Part shown: one piece after another, positions 36,836 to 46,754 of the stretch
Layout: each line of letters begins with the position of its first letter
How positions within the stretch are numbered: the stretch's first letter is position 1
From: Escherichia phage PJNS034
Strand: one strand, 5' to 3'
Length of the DNA: 64,000 nt
Sequence record: PP391266.1
Notes under the pieces: generated by a model
Databases searched by the model: none
What the model saw: only the letters and a program-made list of their open reading frames with translations
What the model was told of the DNA's origin: nothing
Program-made: the position numbers and the translations under genes

Positions 36836-39016
36836 TTATTGTGGAAGTGTGGTTGTTGGTTTGCGAGTTCCCATAGACAGGGCTACAGGTCGCTGTTGAG
36901 CCATTTCAAGTTGAGCTTCAATCTCAATCTGACGAGCCTTGAGGTCTAACTCTTGCTTCATCAGCTCAAGCTCCAGCATCTTGAGTTCCAGCTTACGTTC
37001 TTCAAGTTCCAATCCACGTTCAGCAACAAACGAATCACTAGCCATCTTACTCTGACGAGATTCAGATTCAGCTTGGTCAATGTTCATCTTATCACCTGCA
37101 ACCGCTTCATCCAACTCAGCACGTTTCAGCTTAGCTTGCGCTTCCATCTGCTCAGCCTGCATACGACCAGTTGCAACTTCCATCTCATTCTGAATCTTCT
37201 GGAGTTCAAGTTGAACACGTTGTGATTCGAGTTCGATACGTTGCTGCTCAGCTTGCTGTTCTGGAGTCGGGCCTTGAGGTTGAACTTGTTCCATCGGAGT
37301 GATGAAGTTGTTCACATCATAGAATCCCATTGCCAGTGTAAGTTCACGAGCAAGGTGGTTTGCATTCTCAGCGGTGAAAGTAGTACCAGCCAGTAACGGG
37401 TTCTGGGTCAAGAACTGAGAGAGTTGTACAAGGTTGTTAGCACGTTCACGACGTTCGTTCTGACCAATCGCAACTGCAACAATCACTTTGTCTCGGTCAG
37501 GCCAATTCGCTGGCATGACTTCCTTCATCTCACCATTAACTTCAATACGGAGGGTGTTTGTTTCACTCTCTTTCAGAAGACGGTAGATAGCAAGGAACAG
37601 TTGAGTCATGAAGTTCTGAGCGATGTTACGAGCAACCATACGCATACGGTTCTGTGCAGCACTCATCATCATATCAACAGTAGCGTAGCTGTTGTCGTTC
37701 TTAAACACTTCAGGGGACAAGCCCATGCCGATACGGGTTACACCAGTACGACGTTCTTTAGCTTGTTCGATTTGTTCAAGGATATTATCAACACCTGCTG
37801 GCAGGGGGTGATGTGGGAACAGGTCTACCATCCCTACAGCATTCTCTTCTACTACACCACCCGGACGGTTATCCAGAAGGGAGCGCTTATCATACTGACC
37901 TTTAACAGCACGGAAGCGACCATAGTTAGCAGACATGATGTTATCAATGTAACCACGAACCAGTGCAGTCTTAACGTTCTGAATGTCACGAGTAATATCG
38001 AAGACTGACTCACCAATGATGCTGCCCGGAACAGGGAATGGGGTACAGACGTCGAATGGAATCTCACTCACTTCCTCGTAACTGACAATCTGGTTGTTCA
38101 CTTGGAACACCTGATACAGACGAGTCTTACGTCCTTTCAGATTAGTACGAACATAGACTTCATCTACGATGTACTTCTCAAAGTCACGTGGGTCGCCAAA
38201 GTCCAGACCAGTCATGTCTTGGTCACGAGTCATTTCGATATCTTCTGCCACAAGGTCAGTTGAACCTGCACGAGCACGTTCGATATCTTCTTCATCAAAG
38301 CCAAGGTCTACCAGTTCGTTACGAGTCTTCTGAACACGATGGCGGAAGTATGAACATTCCTGAATATTCTTGGAGAATTGGTCGAAGTCGATTTCCTCAG
38401 CGGGAACAAACTCAACACGTACACCAGAGGTATTCACTGGAATGGAGATAGTAGCAGAAACAGTACCATCGTCATTCTTCTCAATCGTCAACATTGAATC
38501 GTCAACTTCATCATTGTCGTCATATTCAGACAGGATGATTTTCAGTTCGTCTTCAGTGACATGCTCCACCTTACGAACGTCTTGTTCAACAGAATGCTGC
38601 CAGTAACGTTTAACAAACGAAACTTTAGACAGGAGACACTCTTTGAATGCGTCGTGAAGTGTGATGTAACCGGGGTTGTCACGCAGCAGAACTTTGTTAA
38701 CCATTGCAGTAGCAGCACGGGCACCATCTGCATCGTAACTGTTTAGAGGAGCAAATCGAACAGCATCTTCACCTGATGTAAATACATTGAGCAGGTCTTG
38801 AAGAGTACCGTTAACTGATTCCCATACAGTTCGGTCAACATAAGAACTACCACCGCGAGTATAAGCAGCAGGAAGTTCACCATAGTAATACTTGTATGCC
38901 TCCTTGATTGATTCACCCAACTTACCTTCCGTAATCGTCAGACTACGACCAGTAAATTGGGTGATGGCTGACTTGAGTTTAGTTAACTCTTTCGTGTCAC
39001 GTTTAATCGCCATCAC
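36836..39016 (-). CDS. portal protein (putative)
   Basis: 726-aa protein immediately downstream of terminase large subunit; C-terminal coiled-coil; assignment by synteny and size. Confidence 0.6.
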   Translation of the reverse strand: MMAIKRDTKELTKLKSAITQFTGRSLTITEGKLGESIKEAYKYYYGELPAAYTRGGSSYVDRTVWESVNGTLQDLLNVFTSGEDAVRFAPLNSYDADGARAATAMVNKVLLRDNPGYITLHDAFKECLLSKVSFVKRYWQHSVEQDVRKVEHVTEDELKIILSEYDDNDEVDDSMLTIEKNDDGTVSATISIPVNTSGVRVEFVPAEEIDFDQFSKNIQECSYFRHRVQKTRNELVDLGFDEEDIERARAGSTDLVAEDIEMTRDQDMTGLDFGDPRDFEKYIVDEVYVRTNLKGRKTRLYQVFQVNNQIVSYEEVSEIPFDVCTPFPVPGSIIGESVFDITRDIQNVKTALVRGYIDNIMSANYGRFRAVKGQYDKRSLLDNRPGGVVEENAVGMVDLFPHHPLPAGVDNILEQIEQAKERRTGVTRIGMGLSPEVFKNDNSYATVDMMMSAAQNRMRMVARNIAQNFMTQLFLAIYRLLKESETNTLRIEVNGEMKEVMPANWPDRDKVIVAVAIGQNERRERANNLVQLSQFLTQNPLLAGTTFTAENANHLARELTLAMGFYDVNNFITPMEQVQPQGPTPEQQAEQQRIELESQRVQLELQKIQNEMEVATGRMQAEQMEAQAKLKRAELDEAVAGDKMNIDQAESESRQSKMASDSFVAERGLELEERKLELKMLELELMKQELDLKARQIEIEAQLEMAQQRPVALSMGTRKPTTTLPQ

Positions 39017-39025
39017 CGCTCCTAA

Positions 39026-40525
39026 TTAATAAGCGTTATTGAAGTTATTCCAGTTGTCATTATAACTCATTGAGCCATTAAGTCCAGCATGTTCTGAAAT
39101 ACCTCGATGGGTAACAGACAATGCTGCATAACGCATAGCATCCACAGAGTCATCTTCGACCTTTTTAATCTTACCTTCTTTACGTTGGTAAGAGCGCATT
39201 TCTTCGAAGATTTTATGACAAGTGTTGAAGATTTTGAATCGACCGGTTTTCATTCGCTGGAGAATTTCCATGATGCCGGGTTCAACAAAGTTATTTTTCT
39301 TCCCATCAAACCCGATTGGGTTGTAGAAAGTGTCTGGCTGTACGTTCACACCAGCTTCACGATAGTACATAGCAACACTACGTCCAGAACCACGTTCAAC
39401 GTTGTCAGCGTCGTGAGGCAGAACAACAGGAATCCAAGTCCCTCGTTGGTTAATGGCGTGTGCGTGGATGGCTGGGATGCCTTCGGCTGCTGCATAGTGG
39501 TCATAGATGTAAATCGTGTCTGTATCGACGTCATAAGCCGCCCAAGAAGCCGCAGTATCGTGGTTGATACCGATATCAACACCACATACACGAGGCCAAT
39601 GGTCTGGAATTTTGAAGGGTTCCACCTTAATGGATTCTTCACTAACTGGATACACGAGTCCGCTCCCCAAGATTGGTAAACCTTTAGAACGCATGTCATG
39701 TTGCCACTCAGGAATAGACGCCAGAAGCTCTTTCTTCGTCTCTTCACTCAGGTGAGGTGCATCATCCCACGTTGCGTTCTGCCAATACAGTGCTCCAGAC
39801 TCATCATTCATGAACTTCTTAACCAGTTCAGTCAGACCGTTCTCAGGAGTAGCTGTGATAGTTACAAGACCGCCTGTAGTAGCTGTACGAGTAACACATT
39901 GTGCATAAATCTGCATTGAACGATAAGGGTCTTCTTCGTCAATCCAGATAAAATCAACTGTAGCACCCATCAGAACGTGTTCACCCTGCTGGGTAGAACG
40001 AAATTCGATAGTGCTGTAACCATCTTGACGTCCTTTCGCATCAAAATGCTTAATTCGACAGGCCAGAATACGTTGACCGTCTTTTGCCAGCGAATCAAAG
40101 TCGATATATTTCTTCGGAATAGCACCAGTACCAATAGCTTTTGTATCACGCACGTCAGCAGTACCGAACAATTCCTTCTGAAGCACCTTCTGGGTTGATT
40201 CACCAGTAATACCAACACACCAAGCTAGAATCGGCTTCTCAAAACGATGCCCATCCCACCAATCCTTATATACGCCTGTAAGGTGCTGAGACACTTCCTG
40301 TGCCTCTGAAAAGGATTTACCAATACGGTTAGCTGCACAAAGAAAACGTCGCTTAAAACGCTTCCCAGCCGCATAGAAATCGCGTTGGAATTTGTAAGGT
40401 TTGAAGTAATCCAGCGAGTTGTAGCGTTGATACTGCTCTCGCATCTGGATTAGCTCCAGTAACTCAATCTTGTCGTCAGGAGATAAGGCTGACAGGTCGA
40501 GTCCTTGCAGAATTTCATCAATCAT
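39026..40525 (-). CDS. terminase large subunit
   Basis: Walker A-like AANRIGKS in N-terminal ATPase region; typical size and position. Confidence 0.8.
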   Translation of the reverse strand: MIDEILQGLDLSALSPDDKIELLELIQMREQYQRYNSLDYFKPYKFQRDFYAAGKRFKRRFLCAANRIGKSFSEAQEVSQHLTGVYKDWWDGHRFEKPILAWCVGITGESTQKVLQKELFGTADVRDTKAIGTGAIPKKYIDFDSLAKDGQRILACRIKHFDAKGRQDGYSTIEFRSTQQGEHVLMGATVDFIWIDEEDPYRSMQIYAQCVTRTATTGGLVTITATPENGLTELVKKFMNDESGALYWQNATWDDAPHLSEETKKELLASIPEWQHDMRSKGLPILGSGLVYPVSEESIKVEPFKIPDHWPRVCGVDIGINHDTAASWAAYDVDTDTIYIYDHYAAAEGIPAIHAHAINQRGTWIPVVLPHDADNVERGSGRSVAMYYREAGVNVQPDTFYNPIGFDGKKNNFVEPGIMEILQRMKTGRFKIFNTCHKIFEEMRSYQRKEGKIKKVEDDSVDAMRYAALSVTHRGISEHAGLNGSMSYNDNWNNFNNAY

Positions 40526-40745
40526 AGAAGCCTCTCACTTCTGTATCGACGGCTCGACACCGCCAACCTTTAACTTTCACATCACAGTGCATTAAAAGGG
40601 TTAAGTCTTCATCCTTAATCCCTTGTTCCAGAGCAAATTTTCGAGGGTGGCTGACGACGACATGTTCAAATGGGTCAGCATCCTTGTAGAACTCATAGGT
40701 GCGTACAGTCAGAATACCATCATCCGAGTAAATCATCGCCAGCAC
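40518..40745 (-). CDS. hypothetical protein (75 aa)
   Basis: ORF-track ORF between the two terminase genes. Confidence 0.25.
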   Translation of the reverse strand: MLAMIYSDDGILTVRTYEFYKDADPFEHVVVSHPRKFALEQGIKDEDLTLLMHCDVKVKGWRCRAVDTEVRGFYD

Positions 40746-40748
40746 CTC

Positions 40749-41204
40749 TTAGTTACTTTCTGGAACAGCAACAGTCAGCTTAATACCAGCCAACTTGTCT
40801 GCAATCATCTTGTCCAGCTCTTCAGCAGTCAGTTCTTCATCATTCTTAATGTCCACTTCAACAGAAGCAGCTTTAGGATAGACGATATCGACCAGCTTCA
40901 TAGCAGCCATCAGACGCTCTTTAGGAGTAGCTGTGGGGCTTTCCATCACATCAATGAGGTATTCATCAGGGCGAATACGAGCGTTTGCTATAGCGTCTAA
41001 CATTTGCTGTGTGAGCTTGTTACGGGAGCCTTTCTTACGACCGCGACCAAAATTATTGCCGGGTAAGAAGGTGTTTTTGACAAGATTTCGACCTTTCGAG
41101 CAGGGATGGCCTTCTTCACTGAAAAATTCAATGGTTTTGCCTTTATACTCGTCTCCTACGCTGAGATGAGAGTAATCATCCACATAAGTCTTTTCATTAG
41201 ACAT
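40749..41204 (-). CDS. terminase small subunit (putative)
   Basis: First gene of the leftward block, directly upstream of the large subunit; basic GRGRKKGSRNKLTQ segment. Confidence 0.5.
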   Translation of the reverse strand: MSNEKTYVDDYSHLSVGDEYKGKTIEFFSEEGHPCSKGRNLVKNTFLPGNNFGRGRKKGSRNKLTQQMLDAIANARIRPDEYLIDVMESPTATPKERLMAAMKLVDIVYPKAASVEVDIKNDEELTAEELDKMIADKLAGIKLTVAVPESN

Positions 41205-42072
41205 TCATGCCACCTAATAATGGGGTTAGTTGAAAGATACACTGTAAGATGGAACCATTCATGCCAGTTCATCTACATGCCATGTCATAAGTATACACTG
41301 ATAAGAGGCTATCATGCCACCTCATACATGCCAGTCCATACTTCTGTGGGGATATAGGTAAGAGATGCTACATCTTACACTACTTATACCTATTATTTCC
41401 CTTCGGAATATAATGTTTAGGGTACAGGAAGAAGTGCCATATGACAAGACTTATTTACCAATTGAATTACAAATTCAGTGAATTTATAAGTGTGAGATAA
41501 CAAAGTGTGGATATTGCTCACTTTTTAACCAGAAACGTAAATTTCACTTGAGCGGTATGTGGCATATCAGCTTTAGCATAATGTTCAAAAAGGGGGAACG
41601 GGTTCCGCTCATGTTCCGGCGTGTGAATGAGGCGTGTAGACTACCACTAGCCCCTACCCTGAGTCAATACCCTCACTGGTCTGATGAGTGTGACTGCTCA
41701 AGTAGTAACCGTGTGATGCCGTGTGATGAGTACCCATCGTGCATAGTTATTCATGATAATTTATTTTTGGATAGCCTGAATAAATAATAGCCAGTGACCC
41801 GTTAGAATCTGCGTGCGTGTCTGATACTGCCTGAGTTATACCTCCATAACGCCAACGTTTAAACGGTGTATTGATAACGGGTAACAAGCCAGCGACAAGT
41901 GAATAAATATTCCAAGAGATAGCATATCTAATCAATCTATCTTCTCTTTATTCCTTTTACAGTGTAATTCTTATTTGTTTATAAGTAATAATTCTCCTCG
42001 ACCTATTGACAATTACCGTCGAGTAAATTACGCGTGTGTTTCATTACGTCTTAAAGAAATGATTTGTTTGTT

Positions 42073-42100
42073 TTGCTATTGACTTTTTAACTCATTCGTT
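42073..42100 (+). promoter_or_regulatory. sigma70-type promoter (TTGACT-16-TAATAT)
   Basis: Hexamers read directly from sequence. Confidence 0.5.
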
Positions 42101-42161
42101 TAATATAGCTCCCCGTTGAAACGCAGAACATCGCGGAGTAAACAAGTTAATCACTAAGTGG

Positions 42162-42190
42162 TTGACTGAATCGGGTTAGTATGTTTTAAT
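42162..42190 (+). promoter_or_regulatory. sigma70-type promoter (TTGACT-17-TTTAAT)
   Basis: Hexamers read directly; followed by AACGCTCTTTAA leader motif. Confidence 0.4.
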
Positions 42191-42371
42191 GCTTACCGAT
42201 TCAAACGCTCTTTAAAAATGTGGTCTGTCTTTAGGTGGTGTTTAACATCATTACTACAAGGCGCTTAGTTAGTTATCTGGTTTTGATTCCTGTTTCATTA
42301 GTGATTCAGGCGGATTGATAAAGCATCTTCAATAAGTCTTTAACAGTTCGATACTTCGAAGAAATTAACGA

Positions 42372-42399
42372 TTGACAGCGTACTAGATTCCTGTAAGAT
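42372..42399 (+). promoter_or_regulatory. sigma70-type promoter (TTGACA-16-TAAGAT)
   Basis: Consensus -35; followed by AACGCTCTTTAA leader motif. Confidence 0.5.
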
Positions 42400-42517
42400 A
42401 GACCACGTTTTAACGCTCTTTAACAATATGAATCATTAACGCTTAAACGTTAGTTTAATCAGACGTTATCAAGTGAAGCTGAAAAGTAACACGATAACAA
42501 ATGATGAAAATAAACGG

Positions 42518-42545
42518 TTGACAGCGTGAAATGATTCGGTATAAT
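42518..42545 (+). promoter_or_regulatory. strong sigma70-type promoter (TTGACA-16-TATAAT)
   Basis: Both hexamers perfect consensus. Confidence 0.65.
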
Positions 42546-43026
42546 GAGCGCCATCGAATGACAGAACGTTGTCAGACGATAGCCGGATAAGTGGATAACT
42601 TATAACGGCAGTTCGATAAAGTAGTGTGGTAGCGGGTAGCGGTATGTAACACGGATAATCTACGGATTAACGGCTTATTTGTTGCTTGCTTAAAGCATAA
42701 AACGTCGGGCGGCACGATGGGAGAAGTGCATAAAATCAATTAGGCTCCCTGACTCTTTAACAATTAGGAAACTACGCACCACAATTAACGTTGGATAACG
42801 TAAAGAGTGGGTTAATTTAGGGTGATTCCCTGCGTAGGCTTGTCGAGCTGATAACAGCGGTATGTGATGGACGCTTATATACTCCCTCCATGATAGTGTA
42901 TGACTGATTCCACCTAGGCCAAAGTGAAAGGGCGATAACGAATAGCAAGTAACAATCTCGTTTGATATGGGCATTTAATAGTGAGTGTCCAGATTAAACG
43001 ATAAAACTGAATTGAGGATTAAACCT

Positions 43027-43608
43027 ATGTCTATCTTAATTGCTGACCTGATTCGTAACGCTGACGGTGTTAACTCTCTGGCTGACTCTATCCAGTCCGA
43101 AGGTAAAAAGCTGGATAACATGATTCATCTGGCGCTGGCTTCTGCTACTGTTCTGGTGCATGAGCATGGCGATGTTACCGTGTTAAACCGTGTCATTAAC
43201 AAGCTGTCTTCTGGTGTCCGTACCAATGCGGCTCGTGCTTTCGCTGAAACTTTCGCTCCGGTAACTTTCGATAAGAAAGCAAAAGAGTTCCGCTTCAACA
43301 AACACAAACGCAATGAAGCATTCATTGACAGTGAAGCGGCGAAAGAAATGTGTGAAACTGTCTGGACTAAATTCCGTCCTGAGCCTGAGTATAAGCCAAT
43401 GAATCTGGCTGACTCTTTCACTAAGCTGATTGACCGTGCCGCTAACGATATGGATAAGAACGACACCATTTCCGAAGCACAAATCGCTCTGCTGCGCTCT
43501 TTCCAAGAGCAATTGGTAACACTCCAGACCAAAGAAGCGGCTGAACGTGATGCGGCAAAGGCACAAGCTGCAATCGCTGACGCTCCGGCTGAGGAAGTAG
43601 CGGCATAA
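43027..43608 (+). CDS. first early protein (193 aa), function unknown
   Basis: First ORF downstream of the promoter cluster; ATG 43027 with GAGG upstream (ORF track starts at GTG 42985); followed by a hairpin. Confidence 0.5.
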   Translation: MSILIADLIRNADGVNSLADSIQSEGKKLDNMIHLALASATVLVHEHGDVTVLNRVINKLSSGVRTNAARAFAETFAPVTFDKKAKEFRFNKHKRNEAFIDSEAAKEMCETVWTKFRPEPEYKPMNLADSFTKLIDRAANDMDKNDTISEAQIALLRSFQEQLVTLQTKEAAERDAAKAQAAIADAPAEEVAA

Positions 43609-43632
43609 GATAGGCGATAGTCTATAAACATC

Positions 43633-43670
43633 TAGCCCCTTGCATTGAATAAATGTGAGGGGCTTTTTGT
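43633..43670 (+). terminator. terminator-like hairpin after first early gene
   Basis: agcccct...aggggct stem with large loop, then tttttgttt. Confidence 0.4.
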
Positions 43671-43681
43671 TTATGTACTGA

Positions 43682-44002
43682 ATGGAATTAATCCGCATGA
43701 CTCCTTTACAGATTAGACGTAACGCCAAACGTAAGGCGGCAGCAATGAAACAAGTTGTAACTCTCAAGTCTAAGCGTGAGAAAACTTTACTCATTACTCC
43801 ACCTGACGATGTTAAAAAGATTGTGGATAACTTTAAGTTCCCATCTGGTAAAACGTTTCGGGCTGTTCCCACTCGCAACAAAGGCACTGATGCGAAAGGT
43901 GCTAGCAGTGCTGATAAGATTGCTTGCCGTGGTAAACAGAAGTGTAAAGGGTCTAGCGTTAGGCCGTCTGGTTGGTATAGCAAGTCACAATTAGCGGGGT
44001 AA
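43682..44002 (+). CDS. basic protein (106 aa), possible nucleic-acid binding
   Basis: Lys/Arg-rich ORF. Confidence 0.35.
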   Translation: MELIRMTPLQIRRNAKRKAAAMKQVVTLKSKREKTLLITPPDDVKKIVDNFKFPSGKTFRAVPTRNKGTDAKGASSADKIACRGKQKCKGSSVRPSGWYSKSQLAG

Positions 44003-44003
44003 C

Positions 44004-44264
44004 ATGGCTGCGGGATATTTAGGCGGTGATTGTGTACACGGTGAGATTCAAGCCGTTGTAGATAACGCCGTTGACTTTGCCCGTTCTCAATTGAATTGTG
44101 GCGAGTCAGAAATGTTTTGTCTTGAATGTGATGAAGAAATCCCACAAGCAAGGCGTGAGGTTGCGAAAGGCTGCAAGTATTGTATTACCTGCCAGTCTAA
44201 GCACGATAGAAAACAAGCCAGCCAATTCAACAGGCGAGGCAGTAAAGATAGTCAATTGAGGTAA
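44004..44264 (+). CDS. DksA/TraR-family C4 zinc-finger protein
   Basis: FCLECDEEIPQARREVAKGCKYCITC matches the C-x2-C...C-x2-C TraR/DksA zinc finger as recalled. Confidence 0.7.
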   Translation: MAAGYLGGDCVHGEIQAVVDNAVDFARSQLNCGESEMFCLECDEEIPQARREVAKGCKYCITCQSKHDRKQASQFNRRGSKDSQLR

Positions 44265-44268
44265 TAGA

Positions 44269-44850
44269 ATGAGTCAGTGGTCTGAGTTTTACAAAGGGCG
44301 TCTAGGTGGACGCTATCAAGCCCACGTTTTAAAGCAGTATGCCCCATTCATCAATCGAATCATTCAGGCTGGGCGTGGTATCAGTTCGCCAGTGGTTAAC
44401 TTCCGTGAGGAGGGCGCTGGTATTGGTACGGTTACGGCTATCCTGCAACAATATGCTGAGTCTCGCTTTGACTTAGACAACTGGAAGTTTGAAATGGTTG
44501 ACCGTTGCCCTGAAATGGCTGAGTTAGCTTTTCAAAATACCGGTGTACGCTGTGAGATATTCGATATCCTTAAACGGCGTGAAATGCTGGATTCTTTACG
44601 GCCTCACATTATCCATTCTCATGGTGTACTTGAACACTTCGAGGACGATGATATACGGGCAATCATTGACAATCAGCGTACACTTGCAAAGTCTTGTGTA
44701 ATTGCATACGTTCCCACTAACGGCTATGAAAAGCCTAGCTTCGGTGATGAACGGCTCTTAGATGTGAAACATTGGGTCAAAGAGTTTAGACCTACAGATG
44801 TTCACGCTTTCAACAATGGCTGCGACCTGATGCTTTACTGGCGGGCGTAG
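44269..44850 (+). CDS. hypothetical protein (193 aa)
   Basis: ORF-track ORF; weak Gly-rich loop EEGAGIG. Confidence 0.35.
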   Translation: MSQWSEFYKGRLGGRYQAHVLKQYAPFINRIIQAGRGISSPVVNFREEGAGIGTVTAILQQYAESRFDLDNWKFEMVDRCPEMAELAFQNTGVRCEIFDILKRREMLDSLRPHIIHSHGVLEHFEDDDIRAIIDNQRTLAKSCVIAYVPTNGYEKPSFGDERLLDVKHWVKEFRPTDVHAFNNGCDLMLYWRA

Positions 44851-44928
44851 TTTACTACTGTGACGGGTGGCTCTTATGGTCGAGTATGGTGAAGAAGATT
44901 TTGTTAAGGCGGCTAATCGCTTCTGGCT

Positions 44929-45171
44929 TTGGGTCGCTATCGTTGGGACTGTAATTATCTGGGCGGTGTGCTGATGGAAGTATTAACAATGTTCGCTGTG
45001 TTCGTCATAGAGCTTCTCTGGGTGCATCCTATGGCATTCTTCGCAGACTTAGGTGCTGCGGGTCACTTTGGCTGGTCTTTGGCCTTCCTGATGGTGTACG
45101 GGCTGTTTATCGCTACGTTGCCATACAATATCCTCAAGCTATTCATTAAACGTAAGGAAATCCCTGCATGA
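44929..45171 (+). CDS. small membrane protein (80 aa)
   Basis: Two hydrophobic helices. Confidence 0.3.
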   Translation: MGRYRWDCNYLGGVLMEVLTMFAVFVIELLWVHPMAFFADLGAAGHFGWSLAFLMVYGLFIATLPYNILKLFIKRKEIPA

Positions 45172-45494
45172 TTACTATCGGAGACCGTGTACTGTATCGT
45201 TATTCACCTGCTGGCTTACCTGTGTATGGTGTGGTAGCTGATGTGTTTCAAGGTGTTGCGGCTGTAAGGGTTAACATTGAGAACCCAAACCAGACAAGAA
45301 GCGGCACTAAGGCGCTAGTCATGTATCGTAAGGTGGAAAGCTGGGAGCCTTTGAGTGAGAAGTCGCCTCTTCACGATGATTTTGTGTTGCTTGTACTGCC
45401 TCATAACGTTCGTATTTGGATTGTTAAGCAGTTGAAACGACACTCCGTAACACCCGTCATGCTTGAAAAGCTGATGGATATGAGCCGAGTTTAA
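45168..45494 (+). CDS. hypothetical protein (108 aa)
   Basis: ORF-track ORF; start overlaps previous stop. Confidence 0.3.
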   Translation: MITIGDRVLYRYSPAGLPVYGVVADVFQGVAAVRVNIENPNQTRSGTKALVMYRKVESWEPLSEKSPLHDDFVLLVLPHNVRIWIVKQLKRHSVTPVMLEKLMDMSRV

Positions 45495-45527
45495 TCCGGC
45501 TATTGACAACCTTCGGATGTGACGGTA

Positions 45528-45615
45528 AGCTAAGCCCAAGCGTCCGAAGGGAATATTACTAAGAAATAATATAAGAAAGATTATATCTAACTATATTACT
45601 TCTTATTAATATTCC
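45528..45615. repeat. AT-rich palindromic element sharing TAAGAAATAATATAAG core with 4075..4130
   Basis: Inverted arms gggaatattactaagaa / ttcttattaatattccc; same 16-mer as upstream of 4141. Confidence 0.5.
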
Positions 45616-45717
45616 CTTACTTATTGGAGGAGTTATGTTATCTCTTATCAAACTTCATCAAGATAAACTAATCATTGCACTGGTTGTGATTCTGTCCTGC
45701 TTGAACATGGATGGTGT

Positions 45718-46077
45718 GTGATGCAGGGTGTTTATCTTAAACCTCGCATTCAAGACCACATTAAAGCGACTCTGGACTTTCACTCTGCGGGTGGCAAGAT
45801 TAACGAGGTGATGGTGTTGGAGTTGTGTGATGTGATGCTGACCTTCGGCATATGTCTGCGAAATCATCCACCAGAAGCTCAAGGACAGGCTCTAAAGGGT
45901 TGCGCTAGGGAAATGCTCAAGCGGATTAAATATCCTGCCCTGCGTATTCTGGTGCGTAAAATGCTAGTGCCTTTCGCTTTACCTAAAGGTGTGTTTAACG
46001 AGTTGGAACACATCATGGAATCCTGCATCAACGGGATGAATGAAACAACTCACCAAACGATTGAACAAAAGGATTAA
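45718..46077 (+). CDS. hypothetical protein (119 aa)
   Basis: ORF-track ORF. Confidence 0.3.
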   Translation: MMQGVYLKPRIQDHIKATLDFHSAGGKINEVMVLELCDVMLTFGICLRNHPPEAQGQALKGCAREMLKRIKYPALRILVRKMLVPFALPKGVFNELEHIMESCINGMNETTHQTIEQKD

Positions 46078-46336
46078 TAACATGGCTAAGATTGCAACTG
46101 TGTGGTTTAACAAAACTGGTACTAACACTGTGTACCTCAAGCTGAATGGTAAGCTGCACAAGACTGAGGTGACTATCCCTCGTACTCACCTTATCAGCGG
46201 TCACATGCTAAATGATGCTGTTAAGAAGAAGCTGGTCGAAGAAGCGATTCGTGCTGACCTCGGCTGTGGCGTAGTTATCGCTGACAACCTCAAGAACTAT
46301 CAACACAATGGGGTACGCTTCCAGTATGGAAAATAA
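46040..46336 (+). CDS. hypothetical protein (start probably at internal Met, MAKIATVW)
   Basis: ORF-track ORF. Confidence 0.3.
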   Translation: MKQLTKRLNKRINNMAKIATVWFNKTGTNTVYLKLNGKLHKTEVTIPRTHLISGHMLNDAVKKKLVEEAIRADLGCGVVIADNLKNYQHNGVRFQYGK

Positions 46337-46754
46337 AATGAAGCGTGTGCTTAACCTGTCTGCCGATAAGGTGAACGGGTATGTGTTTAAAGATAGCCCG
46401 TCTATCTACTGGTCATGGTGGCATGTATTGCTCACCGTGGCCTTTGTTGTATTGGTGGTGTTCGCTTTGTGTGCTCCATTCAGTAAGGCACACGCTGCAT
46501 CATTCCCTGCTGGTGAGCATTTACAATGCCGCATTGAATTAGAAAGTGTTGGTGGTGGTCGTAAGCTGACGTTTAAATCTTACGATGATTCACACATCAA
46601 ACTTGCTAATAGTAATACTCTGGTGCTTCGCGGTGATGCTCAAGTGCCTGAGTCAACTGTTAACCTGAACAATGGTGAGTTGTTCGCAACAAGGGGTAGC
46701 TGGACTTATCGCGGCCTCTGTAAAAACGTAGATAATATCAGGATAAACCCATGA
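46308..46754 (+). CDS. membrane-anchored protein (148 aa)
   Basis: One hydrophobic helix followed by soluble domain. Confidence 0.35.
   Translation: MGYASSMENKMKRVLNLSADKVNGYVFKDSPSIYWSWWHVLLTVAFVVLVVFALCAPFSKAHAASFPAGEHLQCRIELESVGGGRKLTFKSYDDSHIKLANSNTLVLRGDAQVPESTVNLNNGELFATRGSWTYRGLCKNVDNIRINP

Noticed and set aside
41690-41760. Hammerhead-ribozyme-like CUGAUGAG motifs in the non-coding region
   Set aside because: No adjacent GAAA core element or the three required stems could be folded; likely chance occurrence.
42006-42034. Fifth sigma70 promoter at TTGACA (42006)
   Set aside because: Good -35 but no acceptable -10 hexamer at 16-18 nt spacing as read; left out of the feature list.
43183-44151. 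322-aa minus-strand ORF
   Set aside because: Antisense to three compact plus-strand early genes including the TraR-like zinc finger; no ribosome-binding site or motif.
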